Shown here one piece after another: positions 18,256-29,100 of a DNA stretch of 47,731 bases. Each line of letters starts with the position of its first letter. The stretch's first letter is position 1. Below the pieces are notes generated by a model. That model was not told the DNA's origin. It did not search any database and saw only the letters and a program-made list of their open reading frames with translations. This stretch comes from a virus (taxonomy: Duplodnaviria > Caudoviricetes), in IMG/VR virus record IMGVR_UViG_3300036786_000087, positions 1-47,731 of that record. The stretch is one strand, 5' to 3'. The position numbers were made by a program, and so were the translations under genes.

Positions 18256-19787
18256 GGAACTTGCTCGACGGCGCGATCGCACCGCTGGCGCCACGCTGGG
18301 CGGCGAACCGGGTTCGCGCCCGCGCCGAACTCGCGGCGGCGAACATCGCCGCCGACGCGGTCCGGCGCTACGACGCGGCGAGCTTCGGCCGCCGTACGTC
18401 GGGTTGGGACCGCCGGCCAGGCTCGATCGATTTCGAGAACATGCGCGGCCGCGCGCTGCTGGGCTGGGCCGGGCACGATCTCGTGCGCAACAACAAATAT
18501 GCGGCGGCGGCCGTCGGCCAACTCGTCTCGATGCTGTGGGGCGACGGCATCGCGCTGCAGGCGATCCATCCGGTCAAGTTCATCCAGCGCCGCGCCCAGG
18601 ATGAGCTCGACCGCTTCGCCGAAAGCAAGGTCGACGGGTTCGGCGACTGGTACGGCCACGGCAAGGTCTCGGTTCGCGAGATGATCGTCGGCGGCGAGAC
18701 GGGCACGCTCTGGCGCGAAGATGCCGGCGGCCCCGATGGCCGCGTCCAGGGCATGGAAGGCGCGCAGATCGACATGATGCGCACCTTCCCGCTGGCGGAC
18801 GGCGGCAAGGTCGTCCAGGGCGTCCAGTACGACAAGGGCGGCGATCGCGTCGCTTATTGGCTCTTCGATCAGCACCCGAACGACGTTCTGCCGGGCAACG
18901 GCCTCTATTCGCATCCGGTGCCGGCGCAATATTTCGACCATATGTTCGAGCGGCTGCGCCACGGCCAGTCCCGCGGCGCTTCCTGGCTCGGCGCGGTCGC
19001 GATGACCCTGCACGACATCAACGACATCGCCGACGCGAAGCGCTTGCAGGCGAAAGTGCAGGCCTGTCTGTCGCTGATCATCCAGCCACCGGAAGGTCAG
19101 GACGGCTCGCCGCTCGGCCCGAACGTGCCCGATGGCGCCGACGCGAACGGCGTCAAGCCGCTCGGTGAGGCGATGAGCCCCGGCATGATCGCCCGCACCA
19201 AGCCGGGCGAGACCGTCGCCGTCGTCAATCCGACGCCGGCGGCGGACACGGTCGCCTTCCTGAAGCACGAGCTCGGCGGGATCTCCGCCAACCTCGTACC
19301 CTACCATTTGATGACCGGCGATGTCAGCCAGGCGAACTATACCGGCCTGCGCGCCGCGCTGAACGGCGCCTATGCGCGGATCGGCGACTGGCAGCAGAAT
19401 GAGGTCATTCCGTTGCTCTGTCGGCCGATGGGGATGCGGCGCATGCGCCGCCTCGCCATGCAGACGGGCGATCCGCGCTATCTCGCGGTCCGCTTCGGCG
19501 CGGCTCTGCCGCGGCGGATGATCGTCGATCCGATGAAGGATCTGCTGCCCGAGATCATCGAGATGCGCGCGGGCCTCAAGACGCTGTCGCAATCGCTGGC
19601 GGAACGCGGGCTCAACACCGACGCCCATCTCGCGGAGCTGGCCGATATGAACGCCCGGCTCGACGCCCTCAAGCTCGTCCTCGAAATGGATCCGCGCAAG
19701 CTCACCGACACCGGCATCCTCCAGGCGGCCGCCGGGGGCGGCGCCAAGCCGGGCACCGATCCGCTCAAGCAATCGCAGGGAGAATGA
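18246..19787 (+). CDS. Portal protein, lambda family
   Basis: YDAA..RR..W, DLVRNN.YA, GQSRG.SW, PYHLMTGD.S.ANY, VDPMKD. Confidence 0.95.
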   Translation: MQLGNLLDGAIAPLAPRWAANRVRARAELAAANIAADAVRRYDAASFGRRTSGWDRRPGSIDFENMRGRALLGWAGHDLVRNNKYAAAAVGQLVSMLWGDGIALQAIHPVKFIQRRAQDELDRFAESKVDGFGDWYGHGKVSVREMIVGGETGTLWREDAGGPDGRVQGMEGAQIDMMRTFPLADGGKVVQGVQYDKGGDRVAYWLFDQHPNDVLPGNGLYSHPVPAQYFDHMFERLRHGQSRGASWLGAVAMTLHDINDIADAKRLQAKVQACLSLIIQPPEGQDGSPLGPNVPDGADANGVKPLGEAMSPGMIARTKPGETVAVVNPTPAADTVAFLKHELGGISANLVPYHLMTGDVSQANYTGLRAALNGAYARIGDWQQNEVIPLLCRPMGMRRMRRLAMQTGDPRYLAVRFGAALPRRMIVDPMKDLLPEIIEMRAGLKTLSQSLAERGLNTDAHLAELADMNARLDALKLVLEMDPRKLTDTGILQAAAGGGAKPGTDPLKQSQGE

Positions 19788-21895
19788 CGATGCCGCGAGA
19801 CGAAATCCGCGGCGCGGCCGAGCGGGAGATCAAGATCCCGATCGGGCGCCGCTTCGCCACCGGCGCAGTGGCAAGCACGTATGACGCCCAGGCCCGCACC
19901 GTCGACCTGACCGTCGCGACCGAGACGATGGTGCGGATGCCGGGCTATATGCTCGGCCTCCTCGACGATTATTATTACGAGATCCTCGATTGCAGCCCCG
20001 CCGCGGTCGATCTCAGCCAGGTCGCGGCCGACAATTGCCCGATCCTCGACGCGCACTCGCCTTATTCGGTCGATTGCCAGCTCGGCAAGTTTCGGAACAC
20101 CCGCTGCGCAGCCGCACAAGTGGTCGGCACCTGCCATTTCGGCCAGTCCGACGACGCCGTCTCGGTCGAGGCCGACGTCGCCGCGGGTACACCGCCGAAG
20201 GTCAGCGCCGGCTATCGTCGCATCCAGGCGATGTTCGAGCGCTTCGAGGGGGAAATCCCCGTCTACCGCATCACGCAATGGACGCTCCAGGAAGTGTCCT
20301 TCGTCCCCATCGCCGCCGATCCGAACGCAGGGGTTCGGTCGGACGCGCTCACCACCTTTCCCTGCACCGTCAACGAAGGAACCCGTACCATGCCGCAGGA
20401 ACCGAATGCCCCCGCTCCGGCGGCGCCCGTAGCGCCCGCCATCACTCCGGCCCCGGTCGAGCCGCCCGCGGCTCCCGCCCCGGCGGCAGAGTCCGGCGTC
20501 CGCGCCGCGCCGGACAATCGTCCCGGCATCAGCCGCTTCACCGCCTCCACGGGGATGGCGTTCGTCGAGAATGCGCGCGCCTTCGGCGACGCCGTCGTGA
20601 CCCGCGCCCGCCAGCTCGTCGAGCAGAACGACCGCGGCGAGATCAGCATCGAGACCGCGGCCTCGACCTTGCTCCAGGCCTCGGCCGAGGCGCAGCGCGC
20701 CGCCACCGGCGGCGTCGGCACCGGCGGCGGGAACCGTATCGAGGTGACCGCCGACGAGCGGGCCAAGTTCCTCCAGGGCGCCGAGAACTCCATCCTGGTG
20801 CGCGCCGGCGTTGCGGACATGGTCCGCAAGGCTGCCGAGCTTCGCGGTGAGAAGATCGACCTCGATCCCGGCGAGTTTCGCGGTGTCCGCAACGCGGAAT
20901 TGGCGCGCCTGTGCCTCGAACGGTCGGGCGTGCGCATCTCCAGCTACGATCGCGACGTGATCGTCGGCCTGGCGTTCACCCAGGTTGCCCAGCGCGACGG
21001 GGGCATGAACACGACGGGCGATTTCCCGCTGCTGCTCGAGAACTCCCTGCACAAGACGCTCCAGGCCGCCTACGCAACCACCCCCGACACCTGGCGGCGG
21101 TTCTGCGGCATCGGCACGCTGATGGATTTCCGTCCGCACCCGCGCTACCTGCGCGGGACCTTCGGGACGCTCGATGACCTGACGGAAAACGGGGAGTTCA
21201 AGAACAAGAATATTCCCGACGCCGCCAAGGAGATCATCCTGGGCAAGACGAAGGGCAATATCGTCGGCCTGAGCAGGCAGGCGATCGTCAATGACGATCT
21301 CGGCGCCTTCAACTTCATCACGGTGGAGCTGGGTCGCGCCGCCAAGCTCACCATCGAGGTGGACGTCTATACCACCTTGGCGCGGAATTCCGGCGCCGGC
21401 CCGACCATGAACGACGGCAATCCGCTGTTCCACACCAGCCACAAGAACATCGGTACGGCCGGCGCGCCGTCGGTCGCCGCATTCGATGAGATGCGGCAGC
21501 TGATGGCCAGCCAGAAGGATGTGAGCGGCAACGAGGTGCTCGATATCCGCCCGTCCATCTGGCTCGGCCCGCTCAGCCTCGGTGGCGCCGCGCGCGTCGT
21601 CAACGGATCCCTCTACGATCCGGACGCGGTCAACAAGCTGCAGCGGCCGAACATCGTCAACGGCATGTTCAGCGACATCGTCGACACGGCCCGCATGACC
21701 GGCACGCGCCATTATGCATTCGCCGACAAGGACACGGCACCCGCCCTCGAGGTCGCCTTCCTGAACGGTGTCCAGGAGCCCTATCTCGAGCAGCAGCTCG
21801 GGTGGCGCACCGACGGCACCGAGTACAAGGTCCGCCACGATTACGGGGTCGGTGGCCTGAACTGGCGCTCCGCGGTCACCAACGCGGGCGCGTAA
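19784..21895 (+). CDS. Prohead protease-major capsid protein fusion
   Basis: N-terminal protease (ILDAH, VSAGY, EVSFVPIAAD), Pro/Ala linker, capsid domain (TTGDFPLLLE, SRQAIVNDDLGAF, LFHTSHKN, KVRHDYG). Confidence 0.92.
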   Translation: MTMPRDEIRGAAEREIKIPIGRRFATGAVASTYDAQARTVDLTVATETMVRMPGYMLGLLDDYYYEILDCSPAAVDLSQVAADNCPILDAHSPYSVDCQLGKFRNTRCAAAQVVGTCHFGQSDDAVSVEADVAAGTPPKVSAGYRRIQAMFERFEGEIPVYRITQWTLQEVSFVPIAADPNAGVRSDALTTFPCTVNEGTRTMPQEPNAPAPAAPVAPAITPAPVEPPAAPAPAAESGVRAAPDNRPGISRFTASTGMAFVENARAFGDAVVTRARQLVEQNDRGEISIETAASTLLQASAEAQRAATGGVGTGGGNRIEVTADERAKFLQGAENSILVRAGVADMVRKAAELRGEKIDLDPGEFRGVRNAELARLCLERSGVRISSYDRDVIVGLAFTQVAQRDGGMNTTGDFPLLLENSLHKTLQAAYATTPDTWRRFCGIGTLMDFRPHPRYLRGTFGTLDDLTENGEFKNKNIPDAAKEIILGKTKGNIVGLSRQAIVNDDLGAFNFITVELGRAAKLTIEVDVYTTLARNSGAGPTMNDGNPLFHTSHKNIGTAGAPSVAAFDEMRQLMASQKDVSGNEVLDIRPSIWLGPLSLGGAARVVNGSLYDPDAVNKLQRPNIVNGMFSDIVDTARMTGTRHYAFADKDTAPALEVAFLNGVQEPYLEQQLGWRTDGTEYKVRHDYGVGGLNWRSAVTNAGA

Positions 21896-21939
21896 CCCGA
21901 TCGGCGGCCGGTTTCATCCCCCTGGCCGCCCATCCCGGC

Positions 21940-21969
21940 GGCCCGGCGTTCGCGTCGGGCCGTTTCTTT
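21940..21969 (+). terminator. Intrinsic terminator after the capsid gene
   Basis: GGCCCGGCG-TTCG-CGTCGGGCC followed by GTTTCTTT. Confidence 0.7.
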
Positions 21970-22026
21970 ATCACATCCACTTCGCAGAGCCCGGCGCCGC
22001 CGGGAGGCATCAGCGGGAGAAGGAAA

Positions 22027-22359
22027 ATGCGTCGTTTCGTCAATGAGGGCAACGCCCTAGATCTCACTGCGCCCTCCGACGGCGTCGTCTCCGACGGCGT
22101 CTACAAGATCGGCGCGATCATCTGCATCGCCTCGGCCACCGTCGCCGCAGGGCTGCTCTTCGCCGCGTGGACCGAGGGCGTCTATGACGTCACCTCCAAC
22201 ACCGGCGCTGCCTGGGCCGAGGGCGACACGGTCTATTGGGACGACACGGCCAAGGTGTTCACCAAGACGTCGACCAGCAACACCAAGGCCGGTGTCGCCG
22301 TCGCCGCCAAGGACAGCGCCGCGACGACGGGCCGGATCAAGCTGATCCCGTCCATCTGA
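22027..22359 (+). CDS. DUF2190 family head decoration/cement protein
   Basis: MRRFVNEGNALDLTAP..GVV..TEGVY..GDTVYWDD. Confidence 0.85.
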   Translation: MRRFVNEGNALDLTAPSDGVVSDGVYKIGAIICIASATVAAGLLFAAWTEGVYDVTSNTGAAWAEGDTVYWDDTAKVFTKTSTSNTKAGVAVAAKDSAATTGRIKLIPSI

Positions 22360-22375
22360 TCTGGATCGCCTTCCC

Positions 22376-22711
22376 ATGTCCTTCACTTCTTTGCTGGCCC
22401 GCCAGCAGGAGGCCATATTCGGCGCGCTTGCCGATTGGGGGACATGGGAGGGCGTTTCGGGCAATGTCCGCGTCCGCCGGCGCGAGCAGGACTCGGACAT
22501 TGCGCTCGGCCAGGCGGTGGAGCGGGTCACGACCCGCATGCTCCTCGTCCGCAAGGCCGAGGTGCCGGTGCCCGTCGAGGGCCAGATCGTGCAGCTGCTC
22601 GACGACGATCTGAACCCGGTCGCCGGCGGACGCTACGCCATCGTCGGCGAGCCCCATATCGACCGCAAGAGCATCTGGCATTGCGAGGCCACACTGCTGC
22701 CGGACGCCTAA
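22376..22711 (+). CDS. Head-tail adaptor/closure protein
   Basis: Synteny, size, terminal W.C.A. Confidence 0.7.
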   Translation: MSFTSLLARQQEAIFGALADWGTWEGVSGNVRVRRREQDSDIALGQAVERVTTRMLLVRKAEVPVPVEGQIVQLLDDDLNPVAGGRYAIVGEPHIDRKSIWHCEATLLPDA

Positions 22712-22726
22712 AACAGGACGGCAGCC

Positions 22727-23413
22727 ATGCTCGGCGTCACCGCGAAGATGGACGGCCTGCAGGATGCGCTCGACGGGGGCCTCGACCAGATGGCCGCCGC
22801 CGTCACCGCCGGCATGGGCGAGGGAACCGGCTGGCTGAAGGAAGAGCTGCGCGAGCAGGTGCTCGACGCGGGTCTCGGCAGCCGCCTCGCCTTCACCTGG
22901 CGCTCGGAGGTCTACCCCAAGGGCCGCGACAGCCTCGATCCGGCGGGCTTCGTGTGGAGCAAGGCGCCGGAGATCATCACCTATTTCAGCGCGCGCATCA
23001 CCGTCAGCGCGGGCCACGGCCGCTTCCTCGCCATCCCGACTGAGGATGTTCCGAAGAGCCGCAACGGACGGCCGATATCGGTCGAGGAATGCGCGGAGCG
23101 CTTCGGAAAGCGCTTCGTCTATATCGCGCCGAACGACAAGGGTTTCCACACGCCGAGCATCCGCCGCAACGGCGTCGCCTATATGGTCCTCAAGGACCTG
23201 GTGATCCGCAAGGCGTCCGGCAAATATCGCAACGCTTCGGCAAGCGAGCTGGCGAAGCGCCAGGCGGGGAAGCGTCATAACGCGATCAGCGCCGTCATCA
23301 TGTTCATCCTGGTCCCGCAGGTGACGAGCCGGAAGCTGCTCGATCTGCAGGCGACCGCCGACAAGGCCGGCCAGAAGGTCGCCGACCTGATCAAAAAGGA
23401 CTGGAGCGACTGA
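22727..23413 (+). CDS. Neck/tail completion protein (DUF6441-like)
   Basis: LKEELREQV..AGLGSRLA.TWRSEVYPKG..SLDPAG.VWSKAP..FLAIPT..FILVPQV. Confidence 0.75.
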   Translation: MLGVTAKMDGLQDALDGGLDQMAAAVTAGMGEGTGWLKEELREQVLDAGLGSRLAFTWRSEVYPKGRDSLDPAGFVWSKAPEIITYFSARITVSAGHGRFLAIPTEDVPKSRNGRPISVEECAERFGKRFVYIAPNDKGFHTPSIRRNGVAYMVLKDLVIRKASGKYRNASASELAKRQAGKRHNAISAVIMFILVPQVTSRKLLDLQATADKAGQKVADLIKKDWSD

Positions 23414-23850
23414 TGTCGAGGCGCCGAGACGTGACGCTCGCGCTCAAGGCGCTGGTGATGGCCGCGGCGCCCTATGCGCGGATCCGCGGCTTCGACGGCG
23501 ATGCCTCCAAGGCCCGCCAGGCAGATGCCGGCGGCGACGTCATCGGCCATCCCGGCGAGCCCGGCGACCCGGAGATCGACCTCTCGCCACTGACCTATAC
23601 GTACGAGCACGATTTCCCGATCGAGGTCGGCGCGCCGCTCGGCGCCGCCGATCCCGCCGCCGCCATCGACGCGATGATGGGCGCGATCGGCGCCGCCGTC
23701 GCGGCGGACCGCACCCTGGGCGGCCTCTGCCTCTTCCTGGAGGCGCGCGCCCCCGACGAATATGACCGCAAGGCCGACGGCGCCGAGCCGAGCCGCTGGG
23801 CCGCCTTCGGCATCGTCGCGACCTATTCGACAACCGACCCGCTCAACTGA
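23413..23850 (+). CDS. Tail terminator protein
   Basis: PGEP..LSPLTY.YEH..IGAAVAADRTLGGLC..Y.TTDPL; directly before the tail tube gene. Confidence 0.75.
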   Translation: MSRRRDVTLALKALVMAAAPYARIRGFDGDASKARQADAGGDVIGHPGEPGDPEIDLSPLTYTYEHDFPIEVGAPLGAADPAAAIDAMMGAIGAAVAADRTLGGLCLFLEARAPDEYDRKADGAEPSRWAAFGIVATYSTTDPLN

Positions 23851-23861
23851 GGAGACCGACC

Positions 23862-25112
23862 ATGCGTTCGAGAGGCGCGAATGCCCGCTGCTATGCGCAT
23901 TTCGAGACGACGTACGGCACGCCGCCTTCGGGCAATTATAATCGCCTGCCCTTCGTCTCGTCCAACCTGGGCGAGGAGCAGGGGCTGCTCGACGACGACC
24001 AGCTCGGCCAGGGCCGCGAAGGCTTCGATCCGACCCTCGACGTCGCCAACAATGTCGGCGACCATGTCGTCGCCGTCGATGCGCGGGCGTTCGGCAACTG
24101 GCTGAAGCTCTATTTCGGCAACCCGGTCACCACGGCGCGGGCGCCGGCTTCGGGCACGATCCCGTTCACGGCGCAGCCCGCGGTCAATTCGACGGTGACC
24201 ATCAACGGCATCGTCTTCACCGCCAAGGCCAGCGGCGCCACCGGCGCCCAGTTCAACGTCGGCGTCGATCTGACCGCGACGCTGGCCAACCTCGCCACCG
24301 TGCTCACCGCCAGCGCCGATCCGGCGGTGACCCCGGCCACCTACACGTCCGACACGGCCAAGCTGGCGATCACCTACGACACCAACGGGATTGCCGGCAA
24401 CGCCTTCACCCTGGCCGCCTCCGGCACCAGCAACGGCACGCCGTCGGGCGCGACGCTGACCGGCGGCACCAACGCCCATGTCTTCACCTCGGGCGCGGGC
24501 GCCTTGCCGTCCATGTCGGTCGAGCTCGCCCAGCCCGACGTGCCGAGCTTCGGCATGAATTTCGGGACGCGCGGCGACAAGATGAAGATCTCGCTGAGCC
24601 GCAAGGGGCTGCTCAGCGCGACGCTCAGCCTGATCGCTCAGGGCGAGACGATCGCCAATTCGAGCGGCGCCGGAACGCCGACGTCGGTCGAAATCCTCCG
24701 CTTCGCCCAGGCGACCGGCGCGATCACCCAGGATGGCGTCCAGCTCGCCGGCGTGACCGGCGCGGACCTCACCTATGCCAACAATCTCGACACGGTCGAG
24801 ACGATCCGCCCCGACGGCCGCATCGACGATGCCGATGCCGGAGAATCGGGGGCGAGCGGGACGCTCACCGCCTGCTTCGCCGATATGGTGCTGGTCAACA
24901 AGGCCACGGGCAGAATTCCGGTCGCCCTCAGCTTCGGCTGGACCGTCGGCGCATTCTCCCTGACCTTCTCGGTGCCGCGCGCCTTCCTGCCGAAGCGGAA
25001 GCGTCCGATCACCGGCCCCAAGGGCGTCATGGTCGCCTACGATTGGATCGGCTCCGGCCAGGACGGCAACGTCTGCACCGCTACGCTGGTCAACGACGTC
25101 TCCGGTTATTGA
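23862..25112 (+). CDS. Major tail tube protein with inserted beta-domain
   Basis: FETTYGTPP..LPFVSSNLGEEQ, LPSMSVE, NNLDTVETIR, PITGP.GV. Confidence 0.88.
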   Translation: MRSRGANARCYAHFETTYGTPPSGNYNRLPFVSSNLGEEQGLLDDDQLGQGREGFDPTLDVANNVGDHVVAVDARAFGNWLKLYFGNPVTTARAPASGTIPFTAQPAVNSTVTINGIVFTAKASGATGAQFNVGVDLTATLANLATVLTASADPAVTPATYTSDTAKLAITYDTNGIAGNAFTLAASGTSNGTPSGATLTGGTNAHVFTSGAGALPSMSVELAQPDVPSFGMNFGTRGDKMKISLSRKGLLSATLSLIAQGETIANSSGAGTPTSVEILRFAQATGAITQDGVQLAGVTGADLTYANNLDTVETIRPDGRIDDADAGESGASGTLTACFADMVLVNKATGRIPVALSFGWTVGAFSLTFSVPRAFLPKRKRPITGPKGVMVAYDWIGSGQDGNVCTATLVNDVSGY

Positions 25113-25122
25113 GGATAAAGCC

Positions 25123-25650
25123 ATGTTCGTCCTGGGCCCGAAATGGGAAACGCTGATCGAAGCGCATGGCGGGGCGCCGGCGGTCGAAGTCCTCTTCGTC
25201 CCGCCGAGCCGCGCGATGAAGCGTCGCGCGGCGGCGGCGATGCGCACGATCCTCGCCGATGCCGGCGATCCGCCGGACCTCGAAACCGTCAATGCCGCGC
25301 TCGACGTCTATAGCCGCACGATCCTCGCCGAGGCGATCCGCGCATGGAAGGGCATCGGCGACGCCGGCGGCGCGCCGGCGCCGGTGAACCCGGATATGGT
25401 CGCGCTCTTCCTCGACGACGATCGGCTGTTCGGCCCCGCCCATCGCCTCTATGTCGAGCCGATCCTGGATCGGGACCGGGAAAAAAACGCATCGCCCGCC
25501 TCGCCGAGTGGCATTGGGGAGGCGGCGACGCCGGCGAAAACTATTGCGGCCAGGTCTGCGGCGCCGGCGAAGAAGGGCGCTGCGAAGAATGCCCGTACGC
25601 CCTCCACGCGCTCCAGACGGCCGAAGCCGAGGAAGTCTGGTCGGTCCTGA
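25123..25650 (+). CDS. Tail assembly chaperone (gpG-like)
   Basis: IRAWKGIGD..PVNP; GAGGA RBS; slippery site at 25478-25488. Confidence 0.85.
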   Translation: MFVLGPKWETLIEAHGGAPAVEVLFVPPSRAMKRRAAAAMRTILADAGDPPDLETVNAALDVYSRTILAEAIRAWKGIGDAGGAPAPVNPDMVALFLDDDRLFGPAHRLYVEPILDRDREKNASPASPSGIGEAATPAKTIAARSAAPAKKGAAKNARTPSTRSRRPKPRKSGRS

Positions 25651-25844
25651 CCGACTGCGCCCGCCAGCTCCGCGTCGCCGGCCTCGGCCAGCCCTTCGCG
25701 CTCGATTACGGCTCGGTGATGACCGTGGGCGCCGCGCGCGGCGTCGACCGGGAATTGCTCGCCGACACCCTCCCCGCCGCGGAGCGCGCCATCGTCTCCA
25801 GCTTGCAGGAGGAAGATGGCGGGCTTCAGGGCGACGACGGGTAA
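25123..25844 (+). CDS. Tail assembly chaperone GT via programmed -1 frameshift
   Basis: GGGAAAAAAAC with in-frame heptamer A AAA AAC at 25482-25488; -1 frame continues KRIARLAEWH..C..C..CEECPY..QLR..ALDY. Confidence 0.85.
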
Positions 25845-26071
25845 GGCTCGGCCGGTTCGGCTCGGTCGACCAGTTCCATCGTCTCGCGGTGCCGCTCGGC
25901 CCGCGCGCGGTGGAGTGTCGAGGAGACGAGATAGGGCATCAGCGCGATGCCGATGCCTACCGCAGCCTCGGCAGCCTGCTGCACGGCAGAGAACGTGTTG
26001 AATGACGCGACGATCACGCAAATACCGCCGATGGCGGCGCCGACCAATGTGGCAATATCCCAGGCGCGCAT
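25826..26071 (-). CDS. Small two-TM membrane protein (moron), candidate superinfection exclusion
   Basis: AGGAGG RBS; two hydrophobic segments; opposite strand between chaperone and tape measure genes. Confidence 0.75.
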   Translation of the reverse strand: MRAWDIATLVGAAIGGICVIVASFNTFSAVQQAAEAAVGIGIALMPYLVSSTLHRARAERHRETMELVDRAEPAEPYPSSP

Positions 26072-26123
26072 GGCAACCTCCTGCGGACTTCTAGCCGCTC
26101 GATCGAATGAATTGAACCCCCCT

Positions 26124-26151
26124 GATGGCCGCCGGGAAACCGGCGGCCATC
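26124..26151. other. Perfect 12-bp hairpin with GAAA loop
   Basis: GATGGCCGCCGG-GAAA-CCGGCGGCCATC; no clear U-tract. Confidence 0.6.
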
Positions 26152-26172
26152 TCCCTGTCTGGAGCCCCATGC

Positions 26173-29100
26173 ATGTCCGGCAAACCGCAAGTCGCGATTC
26201 GCCTGGGCACCGACGGCAAGGCCCAGGTCAAGCAGGACTTCCAGGAGATTGGCGACGCCGGCGACGCCACGGCGACCAGGCTCCAGCGCCGGTTCGAGCA
26301 GCAGTCGCAGGCGACCCAGGCGGCGATGGCGCAGCAGGCGGCGACCGCCGCGAAGCTCGCCGCGATCCAGCCTCAGACCGCGATGCAGATGCAGGTCAGC
26401 CAGGCGGTTGGAACCGGCTTCGGCGCCGACTTCGAAGGCTCGGCCCGCCGTTCGGCGCTGGCGATGAAGGATCTGCTCGCGCAGGAGGATGCGCTGACCC
26501 AGCGCGCGGAGACGCTGCGCCGCGCCGTCGATCCGCTCTATGCCGCGCAGCAGCGCTACGACACCGAAATCCGCGAGGCCAACACCTTGCTCGCCGCCGG
26601 CAGGATCGGCCAGGACGTCCACACCGCCGCCGTCACCGCCTCGCAACTCGCCTTGGCCCGGGCGAAGAAGGAGTTGGACGGCCACACCTCTTCGCTCGGC
26701 CTCAACCGGATGCAGGCGATCACGGCGCAGAGCGCGGTGCTTCGCTTCACCGATGCCATTCTCGCCGGCCGCAGCCCGCTCACCGCCTTCGCGCTGGAGG
26801 CGCACAAGGGCGCCGAGGTGCTGTCGCTCGACGACGGCGGCATGGCTGGCGGGCTCGCCAAGGTCGGCGCGCTGATCACGCCGGTGTCGATAGGCATTGC
26901 AGCCGTCGCCGCTGTTACGGTCGCGGGAGGGATCGCCTGGTACAATTATGCCGCTGCGCTCGCTAAGCTCGATGCGGCCGCCCAGGGCACGGGCCGCATT
27001 CTCGGCGAGACCGGCCAGCAGCTCGAGGACAACGCCAGGACCGCCGCCGCGGCCGCGAATATCAGCGTCGGCTCTGCCGAGCAGATCGAGACGGCCTATC
27101 TCCCCGTCGCCAAGTCGCGCGACGTTCTGGTCGGCCTCACCGCGGTAACCAAGGATTTCGCCGCGGCGACCAGCCAGGACCTCGGCCACGCCCAGCAGGA
27201 GCTTGCCGGCGATTTCGGCAACACCATCGCCGGCGCGCAGGATCTCGCCTCGAAATACGGCGTGCTCAATCAGGCGCAGGTCGAGCGGATCGCCAAGCTG
27301 GTTGAAGAAGGGGACCTGCAGAAGGCGCAAAAGCAGTTGCTGGTCGACATCCAGGGTGCATTCGACGGCGCTTCCCATCATGCGGACGGCCTCGCCGGAT
27401 CGATCCACAATATCGGCGTCGAGGCGCAGAATGCCTGGCACTGGCTCGGCAAGATGCTCGATCAATATGGCTGGATCGCGGTCTACGCCACAAACGCCCA
27501 GGCCGGCCTGGCGCTCGCGCCCGGCGGCGGGCGGGCGCCGAACGCCGGCGCCGCGCCCGGCAACCAGGCGATGTCCGGCGCCATGGCGCTCGTCCGCGGC
27601 TATCAGGGCGACGACCGCTCGCAGATCCAGAGCAATATCGGCACGATCCGCAGCGCCATGGCGCTGGGCGGAACGCCGCAGCAGCTCCAGCAACTCACCC
27701 AGCTGCTGGAAGCGAACGAGCACGCCCTCCAGACATGGATCCCGGCGCAGCAGAAGAAGATCGAGCTCGACCAACTCGCCGCGCGCGCCGCCGCCGCCAA
27801 GACGCCGGCGGAAAAGCAGGCGGTCGCCGCCGAGCGCCAGCGGCTTGAGCTTGCGGGCCAGGTCGTCACGTATGCCGATGCGCAGGCCCAAGCGACCGCG
27901 AAAGGCGCCCAAGCGGCCGAGCAGGCGTCGAAGAAGCATGACAAGCACGCCGAATCGCTCGCCCGCGAGGCGGCGGCGATGGGGGTCGATACCGAGGCCT
28001 CGCTGAAGCTGGCCGAAGGCTATCTCCAGATGGGCGCTTCGGAGATCGTGCTGGAGGCGCGCCGCAAGGCGATGACCGACGCTACCAAGAAGGGGATCGA
28101 CGTCGAGGCGCAGGTGCGGCGCCAGGTCGCGCTCGCCGTCGCCGAGGGCGCCGCCACCCAGGCCAAGGCCGTCGGCCAGCTCCGCGAGCAGAATGCGGTC
28201 CGCGCCGATGTGAACGACCAGGTCGCCGCCGGCACGCTCGCCGCCGCCGATTACAACCAGGCGCTCCACGACGAGGACGCGCTTCGGCCCCTGCTCAAGC
28301 TCAAGCTGGTCGCGCATGGCGAGGCGCTGCAGATCGTGACGGAGCTGATCAAGGCGCAGACCGACGCGCTTCGGAAGCAGCATGAGGAAGAGGCGCGCGC
28401 CGCCGCCCTCACCGCCACCGACGCCGCGCTGCGCGGCGCCTCCGATACGCTGGCGCTGATGCAATATGCCGGCGATCCGCAGGCCAGGGCGCTGGCGGCC
28501 GCTCGGCTTGCGGCCCAGCATGAGGCGGACGACAAGCATTTCGTCGGCGACGATCGCACCAATTTCCTGCGGGCGCGCTCGGACGAGGCGCAGGCGAACC
28601 TCGCCAGCCAGCGCGCCGATTTCGTCGCCAAGACCCTGGACGACCAGCGCGACGGCATCGCCTTGACCGAGCGCGAGCGCGAGCTTCAGCTTGTCGCCGC
28701 CAACGACAATTACCGCCAGGCCGAGCTCGACAAGCTGCGGATGATCCTGGAGCTGAAGAAGGAAGGCATCGACCCCGAAAGCGCCCAGGGCAAGGCCATT
28801 CTCGCCAACGTCGCCGCCTATGACGCGGAGCAGGCGAAGCTGAAGCAGCTCACCGCCAACATGCAGGAGCTGAAGGGCTTCGGAGACCAGTTCCTCGACG
28901 ATTTCCTAAACCCGGACAATTGGACCAACTGGCACGATTTCGCGCTCAAGATGCTGAAGGATATCGAGGCGGAGCTGATCAAGCTCAGCCTGCTCAACCC
29001 GCTCAAGAACTGGCTGCTCGGCGAGCACAATCCGACCGGCTCCAGCATCTTCGGGCTGATCGGCAAGTTGCTTGGCGGCACGACCGGCGGATCTCCGATC

